Made by a program: the position numbers and the translations under genes
DNA from: Catajapyx aquilonaris
Taxonomy: Eukaryota
Length of the DNA stretch: 64,000 nt
NCBI GenBank assembly: GCA_000934665.2
Contig: JYFJ02001741.1
Span: 1 to 64,000 of the forward strand
Direction of reading: 5' to 3'
Notes under the pieces: generated by a model
Database searches by the model: none
Told to the model about the DNA's origin: nothing
Seen by the model: only the letters and a program-made list of their open reading frames with translations
Shown here: positions 51,383-64,000 of the stretch, in pieces
Layout of the letters: the number at the start of each line of letters is the position of its first letter
Position numbering within the stretch: the first letter of the stretch is position 1

Positions 51383-54300
51383 GTTCCGAGCAATTGGACA
51401 CCGCCACGTGATATCGTAGACCCCCTCTTTTTTTTCCGGGGAGAAAATATCTCCGGAGCCCATCTTTTGGTGTTTGCCCACCACAGGGGAAAATTAAATA
51501 CACCTGTGTGTTTACCGCAGAGCTTTTTCCAATATCCCCACCGGTCACCCTGGATCGATGGTCACGTCAGGGTGGCACGAAATTGCCAATTTCAAGTGGC
51601 GGACAGCTTAAAATATATCCGGTCTTGCCCTTGTGACGCACATCCGGAGAGATCGCTACATGCAAAGATCAGGAATCAAAAGGGAAAATATACTAAAAAT
51701 TTCGATTGTTAATTACGTCTCTGAAAATCCGGTCCGAATAGCATAGAGAAAACCTTCGACGTACTTAATCTTATACGTACAGTAAGACGAATTTTACGTA
51801 AGTCGGGGCTGGCTGCATTTAAAAACTGACATCTATTGATAAATAAAAATCTGAATAATATCACGCAATATGACGAATTTCCGGACAGCCTCATTATAAA
51901 AACCTGCATCAAATGACTGGAAAATTTTTGCCATATTTTTTTCTCGGAAATCCCGCTGAATAATTCAGATGATACTCTTTCCTGTACAAAAAGCTTGCCT
52001 AATTGCTCGTCGAGCCAGATGGCTAGAAGTGAATAATTCCAAGCTTATCCGTGACAGGAAACCAACGATGCACATCGTACACTGCTGGAGCTCCTAAGCC
52101 TCACCTTCTCACGAATCGACCTTGGCTAGGGAACCATTCAGGTAGAATCAAGAAGATCCACACCTCTCTAAAAATCTCTCCATTGGCCACCAGTGGCTTA
52201 TGATGACGCAGACAAAAAAACAACAACAAAATATTACACTTACATAGCATCACACTCTATCCTGGACACGTGACGTCAGCAACGTGATGCCCCCTCCCTA
52301 CGGTACATCGTTCAGGACTATAATACTACCCATAGCCACAAAGGTCATCCAAGATTAATGGCTGCTCGGGACACCTGCCGATGTAAATTTTTATCTCGAA
52401 AAAATCGGACGTTTGGTGACTCACCGGATGGACAAGCACCCCTGAGGGCTATTTCTTCTGGCTAGATAATGACCTTGCAGGCCCTTGTCCTTCTTGTCGG
52501 TGCCCACACACCCACCGAAAAACCGCCTACGTCTTCGAACCACCGTCCTTGAAAGGTCACTCAGGAGCAGCAGCCCAGAAGCCCCTTGGAACCAGTCCCA
52601 ACGATGACCTTTAATACGATTGCAGGTGGATGAAGAAGCAACATGCAACTTGGGGTCCATTAACATTCTTACTACCACCACGCCCATTTTCGGGTAGAAA
52701 GAAACTTGGCAGCTAACATGGAATGGCCATCGGGTTCGGATAGACTTGAATGCGCGGGTGAGAAGACATCCCATCCAAGTCTTTTTTTTGTATGCACGAA
52801 GTCGCACAAAAATATCCTAATCGAACCAGAACAATCATTAACCTAAATGGGGATTGCATGCGAAAAGATTGCACGACGGCATGTGTCGATGAATTTATTC
52901 CTTCCAGCTCGAAATGGGTCATTTTTTATATAGATATCCCAGCACGTCGCATGATACCAATTAGGCAATTTCGCAAGACCCACTAGAAGGCCAATGTGGA
53001 AACGTGATTGTTATATCAAAGCAGTGAAACTCAGGGTGGAAAGTTGTACCGTTTTTGGAAAATATAAATACCGGTATGAATCGCTATAAAAAGAATGGGC
53101 TTTCCTTGTTTTCGAGCTGTCATCAGGTTACGCCACCTCGTCGTAATTCACCTGCATGTGACATATGGCAATAAGTACACTGTAACAAAACGCGCAAATG
53201 GGTGTGAGAAAGCGACTTTTTCTACACAACTTTCCACTCTCTAAGATATGACATATCTCCACACGTGTCCTGTGAAACCATGAAGTTCATTGCAGCCAAC
53301 ATACGCGTTTATCTGCGGACATACCCTTTTTATTTGACTCAATATGGTATACAACAAGCCAGTTTTTTTCCCTGGATCCGTCGCATACAATACGCTTTAT
53401 CTTCATGGTTTGATCGAAGACTTCCTCGGTGACGTCGCACAAAACAACCGGAAGCTCCCGGTCTCAACCCGATTGTCCCAAATAAACGGGCTGGAAACGT
53501 CCAAACAAATGTGCGACTCACATGCACTACAGGCCGATAATAACTGTCTCAGAATCGGTGGTGAGCCCGGTCCGAGTGTGGTTCTGGGCCTGCAGAAGCT
53601 TCGCCTAATAAGGAACCGGAGGAACGTTAACCTCGAGCTGCTGGGTTGTTGCACTTCATTTCGCATGGCAGCCATAGGCTATAAATTCGCCTTCCAATGG
53701 TCGACAAGTAACAGCTCCGAACGGTAAAACTATGTTCATCTCTGGCTTGGGTTTCTCCAGGAGGAGTAGCCACCACCCTGCATAATCATGTCAGTCTGCA
53801 CGGGAGTCCGTTTGGAGATAACCATAATGCGAAACACATACACTACAACAGGGCAGATAACACCAGACGTACTTCATGCAACATTGAACTAATTTCCTCC
53901 GCCCATTTTCCAAATGGCGTTGCGTGAGGACCCAACTGGTAAAATCCCTCATTGTCAACACTGATGATATTACCCTGTACTAAACCTAAACGATGATTGC
54001 GACTGCGGCCAGCAACTAATGTGCTCGTGTGAGTGGCCATAAGGAAGTTATTTAGCTTGATGTGAAGTTGAACAAAAAAAAGTAACATTACAGAATGGAT
54101 GGATGGATGGAAGCTCTGAAACAAGAAGCGGCTGACCGACCGGACTTGCCACAAAATTGGCCCCTTGGCACCAGAAAATTCTGCAGAAAAAGAACTAAAC
54201 TGACCAACAGACGGGGGCAAAAACCCCTGGACGAGATCAAAATATAATAATCATCGCCAAGTGTTATATCATCATTAGTATCAGTAATGACACAACTGTA

Positions 54301-54680
54301 TATCCAGGTATGACTGCACATACTTATGCAAGCTGAGAGAAAGAAAGAAAAAAACACTGCTCTTGCCTTCTAAGATATTCATAAGAGCGTCACACATTTC
54401 TCCATTACGCGATTAGCCGGTAAAATATTAATGTAGAGCCAACTGCACTCCGCAACATTAAACTCCCCGACGGCCTGAATTATTTTTTTCCTCCTACAAT
54501 TGCACACAGCCCGTGATGGCAAAATTGCACGAAACGACAACCTTTAATCCCAAACGTTGAAAAAGAACTGACGTAATATTGCTTCAAAAATAACTCTCAA
54601 ACTTCAGTAATATTTTAACAATCGATTGAGACTACTTTGTGCACATTACGTGGCGCCAGAAACTAACAATTTGATCTACG

Positions 54681-54800
54681 TACAGTAAACCTCGACTCCT
54701 TTTTTTTGTTGGGAAATCCCGGAAAAACGATGGATCCGGGAAAACCATACATCCGGGAATGATAGATCCAGGTTTCCATGCACGGTATATAGATACTGTA
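54681..54800. mobile_element. Degenerate Tigger-like MITE remnant
   Basis: tacagtaaacctcg ... tactgta ends, with repeated atcc(c)gg(g)aa internally. Confidence 0.35.
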
Positions 54801-57800
54801 AATATTTTATTTTATTTTACTTTTTAATTTCACGGGGGTTTACAATACCGGTATGTTCTGTAACTCATAATCTGTAGAACAAGGTCAAGTAAAACCTTTA
54901 TCTATCGTTCCCGGATGTGTCGCTTTCCAGAATATATCGTTCAATTTCTATGAACCCAACCAATTCTGTTACAGGTTTCCCGCATCTATATCGTTTCATG
55001 GGTCCAAACAAAAAAAATAATGAATAGAGGTTTTCTCTGCTGTATCTGGCCTCACAATGAAGCATCCTTTTGCTCACAACAGTACAGTCCACAATTTCAC
55101 CTAAAACCGGCACCCTAAAACAGCAAATTACAGCTATAAAACATTCCCGAACTGGCAATTTGACACAACAGCTAAATTACACCGGTCGGTACCGCACAGA
55201 GTGAGTCACTCTTGACAAGCCAAGACTCCTCCACAACAATGGCCATTGGGCAGATTTCCCATCGAGTGACACGTGTCTTCTTCCTCTTTTAATTCGAGCC
55301 AAGCAAGAGGGCAAGTGGTCAAGTCGGCCTTTTCTTGCACAGAAGGCTGAAAGGGTGGTTCTTCAGACATCGATCCCTCTTCACATGACCGCGTTTCCTT
55401 CGGCCAAACCCCCTTTTGTGAACGGGTGACGTGACCTTCATGTGCCACAAGGTCCTCCTCTTGGGAAGGTCGAAGCCTTCTTGGTCGTGTACCGGTATGG
55501 CCGCCGCACAACATGAATGTACTACGCACAGCCCAAAATAATAAAACCCTCTCCGAAATATACTTGAGCATCGACTATTATAGACCGCTCCACACACATG
55601 TCATGAATAATGCATGATGCGCAAACAGGTTTCATACCCTCTGCCAATTTTGCTCGTGCACTTTTTGGCAATGCAGACGATTAGCACAAAACAGTAATTA
55701 CGGTTTTACAGTATAATGAACGCAGAAATCGCCTAAAGCCGAAATATGGCTCCGGTAAAAATTACACCCCCTTTCACTCAGCAGGCTTCACTTTCTCCGT
55801 GACAAAACGAGTCGGCAAAACTAGACTTCAATTTTTTGTGTGTACATCCTTCTGGTTCAATGTCAACAAGAGACACAAGAATTTCTGGGAGAATGGAATC
55901 GCGTGACAAAAATTCCCTGGAATTTTTTTGAGAGCGTCTGAAAGTCAACTCCTCAATCTCACTGCGGGCTGAAGAAAATCCGCACGAACTTGAAAACAAT
56001 GACAAGAAGTTGCCTAACAGGTAACAATGTGGTCACGTCAGGGCAGCTCTGCTCCATCACTGTGCAAGGTTTTATTTTAGTGCACTGCCTTTCATTTCAG
56101 ATCCAACTGTTATATACACATTTTTTGTGTGTTGTCCAACCATATAAATTCCGCTCTAATGGATCCCTTGTACGTTGACAATTACTGAGTCCTCTCCTGT
56201 AATTGAAATCGGGCTTAACAATGTAGACGTGTCTGGCCCTTATTTTGTCAAGTGCATCGGACGATGTTTTTTCCCCTTTCAATCTTATCAGTCGATTCTA
56301 GTCACGACAAAAGCTGTCTTTTGCTTTCCTGAAAGTTGCATATGGTCAACTTTCACAAGTCCCATGGAGCACCATGGAAACTCCCTTGCTGTCTTTTTTT
56401 CGGATTAAATGCCTATCGAAGGTCACGGAGGATATTGGCTACACGACTGACCTTACTCTGATGCAAAGCGCATGAAAAAAAAATCGCAAAACCTGTTTCT
56501 GATCAATTCTCAACTTGCTGCACAACCTTGTCCATATTTTTCCACAACAAAATTTCGAACCCCCTGCATGGTGAAAATTTCACCAAAGGCATGTATGTAC
56601 ACACACTATATTAAACAAATATGCAAGAATATACATCCAAGCTTTACATAAATTTTTTGAGACAGATAAAATTCATTACCTAATTTTAACCAAATCTTTA
56701 ATATGTCCTAAACTTGCTGTAATGATTTTAAACACGAATCAAAAAGCAACACTGCCAATATTTTGGACATTTGCACAATTTTTGCGCAGATAAAAAGATG
56801 CCGTACTACTTTTATTATCAAAAAATCGAGCCAATTTGCAGCAGCATAATCAACCAGACATTCTCTGCACAACTGCGCTGAATTGGATGCTGTTTCCATA
56901 GAGACCTGCTCCAATCGGCGCAACTGCGTGGTTTAGATGTTTTTTTTTTAAACTCGACCCGTATACCCATAATAGAGCAGGATGTCATGGCAACAGGTCA
57001 TAGATTCATCGCCTTCTGAGAAAATATCGTTTCAATTTGATCCGGGCCACTGCATGTGTTCAGCAAAAATAAAAACAAAAAAGAACGTGGACATAACCCC
57101 CAGAGAGTCTCTATGGCAACTGAATCCAATCACCTTTGCCTGTATTGTCTGGAAGCTCTGAAGTGCACAGCGGACCAGAATGGGGGCGTTTCGACAGTAA
57201 TTTGTTACACACGTAGGCGCGTTTAAGTTAATAAGGAGCGCCATGATAACGTCCCGGTAATCAAAGGCATTAGCGTTTCCCTTCCCTTATTCGCACGCCA
57301 CGTTCCTCTTTTTCCCAGCAGATGATGGTAATCCAGGTAACCCGCGTAAATCGAGTTGCAGCCTCAGCAAATATTTGAATCCCCAAGTTTACACAGCAGC
57401 AGCAAAGTGGCGTAGGAAATAAAATCTTTGCCCAGCAGCGGCTCCTGCAACCAACATCATCCAATATTTATGAATATTCTAGTATCACAATAATCGATCC
57501 CGACACCATTGTCAGATCTCATATCCTAGGCCAAAATGGAGGGCACCAAGTACTGAGGCTCCAAACCCCGCCCTTTCAATCAATACAATTAAATTCCAAG
57601 CGCGACAACAATAATTCAGTGCTGACGTAACGATCCCGTGAGCACTACGAAGAGGAATACGCAATCTGGACGTTTAATCCCATTAGTTAGTATAATTGCA
57701 GTCGCCGAAAACTATTGTAAGTCACGTAACAGCGCAAAGGGCCAAGGTAATATCAACCCAACCCTTTATTATGCATAAATGTGTCGGTCCCAATCGAACA

Positions 57801-60800
57801 TTGTTGAAGTATAGATGCTACCAGGAAGCTCGAAGGTTGACTGAACGAGAAATTCCAGACAGCGTGGGCGGATGGGTTTCCTCAAAGAATTCTATACACA
57901 GCAGACGGTATCAAGCTTTGAACTTGATCTACACGAATCACCACTCTTCAAGGGCAGGCCTTATTGGCCAGATTGAGAGCTACAGAGCTCTATAAGAACG
58001 TACGACGGAATCAATTTTTAGGTACAGCATTAAATTCTGGATATTGAACAACATGTTGTGGCGTTGTCTGCAAATATCCTGCCTGAAAAAACACATTCGC
58101 TGTAACGCGCACAAACACTGAATTATTTCCAGAAAACCCCTGCCTCCAGCTGTATACAAGGACTGACGAAATTAAATATGCATTTTGCTTGTACCTGCCC
58201 TTTAAAGCGAAACTACGATCCGATAAAACGGCAATACAACAGTGCCAAAATAAAATTCGCGGTCACGAACAGACGTGCCTTGCAAAGAACTAGACAATGA
58301 TGCAAATCGGGCCCGTGTTTTGCCCACTATTGTTCCAGGCCTTTTGATTGATTTAGAACAACTTCCCCCAGTGGCGATATTAAAGCCGGCATCCGGATTC
58401 TGCCATTCCGGGACGCATAAGTCGTCGTCAACAAGCATCTTCCTTCATGAATAATATCGTTTCCCTAAGGTGAAGCACTAAGGTTGGCGACCCTCGCTTC
58501 CCTAACCAAACATCAAGTTAAACAGACTAGACACACACCATTAGTACGTATGTGAAAAAAGGTGACACATGTCTGTAAGTCTGGTTAATGACAATAATAG
58601 TTCCCGAAAAGTGGTACACAACCTTGAGAAAAAAATCGCACCTTAATGAGGACAAGCAGAGGGGATTGCATCATTATGATTCTTCGGGCTGTTACGAAGG
58701 TGAAATCTGCTGCTAGTATTTATGATCGGGTAAATCCAAACGTGACTCACAAGGTCGACTGTCCTCCCAATTTCAAGGGAAAAGAAAGAGTAATCGGGAG
58801 CACACACTGAATTCCTCTCGAAAAGTTTCTAAGCTTGTACCTATACCCGATGTGTGAATGTTTGTGATGGGAGTTACATTCCGCTAAAAGAAGTAAATTT
58901 AATAAACACGTTAACAAGCAACTTATATGACCGGTTAGATATTGTAAATTTGATTTTAAAATTAAAATAATTGGGAGCATACATACTTCAAAATGTTGCT
59001 AAGTGTGCAGCTTTAATAGTTGGATAATTGGCTGTGGTGTCCCCATAAGGAAGTCATGATAAATTCTCCATCACAGTGTGAATAAACGTAATATTTATAC
59101 AAAATAATAGTAATAATCTGTAGCGCAGTCACACCTTTCATGCCAGCTGCTCTTGCAGAAAGGGGTACACTGTACTGTTCAGTCATAGTTTCGACCTCTC
59201 CTGCGGAGAGGTAGAATCTAATTAAGAGCAGTGTACAGATTACCAGGTTGATCTTGATCAGCCCTCAAGAGAAGTCTCACCTCGTCTGCAATGTGAAGAA
59301 TGGACCCCCGGCTTTCACGTCAGCTTACTGGAAATTGCACTATTTCAAAGCAGCCGAACCGCGGAGCAAATTAATTGGATAACGTGATACCAGTGATAAG
59401 CATCCTTCTTAGCTGGAGCTGAAGGATTGTTTGGAAACAAACCACAGTATGTCCACGCTCCAAAAGTCACAGAATTAATTAGAGGCCGGGTTCAAGACGC
59501 CGGGTTGTTCCTCCTCAGACGTCCTTTCCTTCTCAGACGTCTTTTCCTCAAAATGTGACTGGCGAGGTCTGATAAAAACCACTCCTGGAGCTTTCAACTT
59601 TTTTCCTCCTCCAACCTTGCGGAAAAATGAAATTTCATTCCGAGCATGGAACAGCTGCAGAAAATTCCTCGTCAGGCTAAAGGTCCTCATTTGGGGCTTG
59701 GCCACTGGTCATTTCCAGGAGAAAAAGGATCGCGTGCCCAGATGGGACAAAGGTCACGTACTTCTCCAGCCAGGATGCGCATACCGCAAGAGTGATCACA
59801 ACCTCCCATTTTTCCTGGTATTATTTCACCTCACGAATTCTTGGTATTGATGCGACGTGAGCAATTACGTAAAGTGGGCAGTGACCAACACCTTCGTGTC
59901 ACAGTGCAAGTGTGGCAATCTTCAAGTGTTGTGGACCACAAATGGAACTTAATTACTTGTCTTTCAGATAAATAGACACCAGCTCCTTATCATCTGACCT
60001 CATTTGCTTATCTCCACGTAATCTTACCATCATATAGCCATTAAGTCGCTCATTCACTTTTACAACGTGGGATCGTCACGCTGGACTGAAAAAAAACCCC
60101 GCGAATCTTTGTAAATATTCACTTTCAAAATAGTAATCTCAGCATGATGAAGCACTAACATCTAAAAATTGGGCACGCAATGTTCGTTAGATTTTTATCG
60201 TTAAGTGCCCAATTTTTTTTACATGTTTTTGCAAAAACCGGGTTAGAATGCAAGACCACACGTATTTCGCTAATAAGCAGAGCGGGTACTTGCCCGACTA
60301 ATTTCCATTAGTCGCTTTCAATATGCGTTGCGAGTCCCCGCCCTTTACATCTTTAATATCACTCTTGCAATATGCAGGGTTGCAGTCAGGAACAATCTAG
60401 TGTTATTAAGTTAATAAAACAGGGATGATGTCATTAAGGGGGATGACGTAAGGGACAGTCTCTCCTGGGTAAATAGTATTGTCGTGCCAACAATGTTTGG
60501 CTGTCTCTCTCCAAGAATCTGGAAAATTTTGGCCCACCTCTAAAGCCATGGGCCCTCGGCTCGATTTCCAACAATATCTCGGCACCGTTTCCTTTGAACT
60601 TATCGTCCTCTGGCCCTCATGGAAATCGATATAGGCCTGCTTCAAAGCCTCGTTGAATCATAATGATCGCAGCAGACGCTTAAAACATTCTGATTTCGTT
60701 TGATGTTGCCCCAGGGCGCTCCTATTATTTCAGCGGGCTCTCATATTAAGGAAAATGCCGGTAATATAATAATCGTTTGCCACATCCAAAACTGTAAAAC

Positions 60801-63800
60801 CTACAAAGTGCAGTCACTGTCGCTAACACCCAAACTGTAGTTTTCCAGTTCAACTTCAAAGTACTGCACCTTTCTGTACATTGTGAAAAACCGGCTTATT
60901 ATATAGAAAAGGTATAGGTTGTATCAACATAAATTAATGGCTAGTAATTATTTACCCATCATATTATGTGCTCGTGCCAAGAATGCACATACGGTATCAG
61001 TAAAGTCGCCTCTAATAAAACCTACGGTTATTGGCTGCAAAGTAAATAGTCACGTAACATGGGGCACGGGATGTCTTTTAAATTACATAAACAGGCAAAT
61101 AACAACCGGAACTAATAACAGTACGGCGACTTATTTTACCTTCTGTACACGAGGTAAATCTGCACATAATTTCTCATTCATTTTGTACAAAGAAGCTAAA
61201 CTAATGCCAAATTATCCACATTTGGCATACATAATACGTATTCGACAATTTTCTATTTAATTTGAGTCCTGTCAAAATCAGTTTTGAGCAAACATATCAC
61301 AATAGTGCACTCGTCAAAATCTACACGAATTGTTGACAGACAGTACATACCAAACAGAAATGTTGAGTGCGTATACAAGAGCCGGTTCTAAGCAATGTCT
61401 GATTGTGACAAAATTCGTGCCACATCTGAAGTAGTCCTTCGCCCGATATACCAAACCGGCTCGTTAGTGATTCCAACGTGACACGAACATCTTTTAAAAC
61501 GTCGCGATTTGTGGCCACACTGTTCCACATCCACCCTTAGCAACCTTGTAGAAATGCCTACGCGATCAGAGGACCGGTCCCCCCCTGTAGCCCTTGGGTG
61601 TTCCAGATCAATCCAAAAACTCCCACCTTAAAAATAAGCACAACTCACCCCAACAATGTGTCTCAACTAGTAGTTGATCGGGTTGTTTTCCCGCCCAAAA
61701 AGCGTTCCTCTCTGTTGCAAGTCCGCTCGCCAACTGAACCTCTCTTCAGGTTGGCGCTGTTCAACACACTCGAAAATGGAGGTTGGGGGTAGGAGGGTTG
61801 GTGTCTAGACCCCCACCACCACCACCCTTCTCTCTCTCTCTAAAAAGACGGTTCTCTTTCAGTTGGTGTGCACCCTCGTCTGAACAAAGACTAGGGGAGG
61901 TTGTCCAGGGAGCGCCACAGGACAGACTTGACGCTGCTGCCTGCCAGCGAGAAAGAGACGAACTTGCTCAAAGTGCGATATTTGAGTGCTTCAAAATATA
62001 CAGTGTCGACTTCATTTCGTTAATTAGCAGCAGTACCATATAATTTGTTTCATGGTTGGTTGCACACACATGGAAAAATTATCCAAATTATATTTGCAAT
62101 GAAAATTAAAAACATCTGACGATGGTATTGTGTTACTCTGAAGCTGTGGATAGGGATGGTTAGAATTTGCATAGATCATGCTATGAATTTGGAAGTTCCA
62201 GAAGCGGGACAGTTGCATCCAACGTGGATATAAATTGAAGAGAAATGATGGGTGTTGTGAAAAAACGTGACAAAAGTGTGATTTTTCAGGAAAGCGAATT
62301 GAAGTTTGCACTCTTATCACAAGTCATAGGGAAGTCCGTGTTGCCGTCTTGTGTATGATACGTGAACTTGGAGTACACCAAACTGTTTGTCATGTCTGTT
62401 ACATAGTTGCTAGGTGTTCAGATAAAAAATGTGGGTTGTCACGTTTTTCCACCACACCCCTGAATATATGGCCAAAGACGTTAAAAAGAGCATTTTATTC
62501 AGTCCCATAGTAATACAAGTTCGTTGATTCCTATTGTAACAGTTCTTGCCAGCACAATCATGGACCAGCTCGAGCAAAAAAAATATCTTGAAACAGCATT
62601 CCTTCTCATATGCCAAAAGTATGAAAAAGCGTGAAAGTCAAGGCCGTACTTTCATGTCGCTAAACCGGGCGACCTTCCAAAGACTCTTATGATCCGGTCA
62701 GCACAAGAGGTTGAGATATAATCCAAAAGCGGTTGGCTGGACTGAGCTGTAAGTCCCCCTCCTGTTTCGCGTATTGATCCGGAAGAAAAGAGAGAGGGTG
62801 GGGTAGGGGGACATCCCCCTCTTGCAGCGGAAATTAAACAGAAAGTTGGTGGGGGGTTTCTATAGGTACCCATTGCGCATGAGTAGCTTCTCCATTCATA
62901 AAACCCAGTGGGAAATCTGAAAATGGTCAGGTTGGCCACAATCATCACCATCAACCGTCATTAGCAGCAATCTCGCAAATTAACCTAGATGTGCCTTGAT
63001 TATTTTTTGTTCCATTAAAAAATTTCTTTTGATGAATAAATGAAGAACTAACATAATAACTAAAAAGTAGGCATATATATGCAATTTCATTACTCGCCTC
63101 TTGCAAATATAATGCATAATATTGCGATCATACACATATGTGACATGAATCGTTCATAAACACTTTCTAAATGATGTGTACCAAAAGGATATTGGGAAGA
63201 AAATTCCATGCATTAGAATCAGTTCCAATGAGAATGAATCACCCTCTAAATCCTTTGGAGCACTTCACGTAATAGGGCCAATAAATATCTTCTTGGAATA
63301 GATCCAGTAAATCAAAAGAGCAGGATCTTTTCCTTATTATGTCCGATGCAATTTTGGGCTCGAGCTCCTCTTTTTTTTTGAGAGCTATAAAAATTCTGTG
63401 GGTAGAATTGCAATAGAGCACTTGACATAGTGAAATTGTGCGTATAGCAAACATGTTTATCATACGGGAGTTAATTAAATGGGACTGAATTTGGCATAGC
63501 TGAAATCCATATGTGAAATTAGTAATTAGTAAATGTCGACCGCGGAATAATTACGCACCGGTGTTTTAGAGTCGGAGAAAAAAAAGTGTGCATCATAAAA
63601 ACAAACATGCAGTATGAATGCAATCAGTTAGATACACCGAGAGGGACTAAAAATACGTGCACAGGACAGGGACCTAATATTAACGCGTAATGAGACAGAA
63701 ACAGTGCACACAAAGCATATGCCGCGTGTCACTCGCATATATGAGTTCATGAGAATGAGTTCATGTAGCTCTCGCGTTTCCCCCAAAATCCGTATATAGA

Positions 63801-64000
63801 CTGGCACCAAAAGCTGCATCAAATCCGCATAACCACATGTACTGTACCGTGCGGTGCACTATTCAAAATTATGTTGTCACAAAGGGAACTGCACTGTAAT
63901 AACATTGGCTATACATACAGGATGGTGCACTTCAAAGCGAAAGTGCTCATTTTAAAAAGAACGAAAAACCAGTGGCGGTTTCTGGAGTAAACCATTCGTT

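Noticed and set aside
34400..64000. Numerous 60-170 aa ORFs
   Set aside because: Apart from 44456-44687, none shows a domain, coding-like composition or consistent splice phase. No transposase or reverse-transcriptase ORF and no CRISPR-like array were seen.

Overview
Eukaryotic genomic DNA, most likely an arthropod (short ~65-150 nt GT-AG introns, a DRE motif, insect-type MITEs/SINEs). The left 34 kb is gene-dense. It holds the 5' part of zer-1/ZER1 (minus strand, running off the window start), STEEP1/CXorf56 (plus strand, head-to-head with ZER1), a ~1958-aa BTB-BACK protein of the BTBD8/KIAA1107 type (minus strand, tail-to-tail with STEEP1), and three tandem GT49-family B4GAT1-like glycosyltransferase paralogs (minus strand). 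The right 30 kb has no convincing complete gene and looks like the long 5' intron/regulatory region of the third paralog, with MITEs, foldback palindromes and SINE fragments. Exon structures were read by hand from splice signals and reading-frame phase. The best hypotheses are: (i) one glycosyltransferase paralog is a probable pseudoenzyme; (ii) a distant exon at 44456-44687 may give paralog C an alternative membrane anchor; (iii) the BTB protein carries SxIP motifs suggesting microtubule plus-end tracking; (iv) there are several long inverted repeats. I found no clearly new biological system; these are testable hypotheses only.
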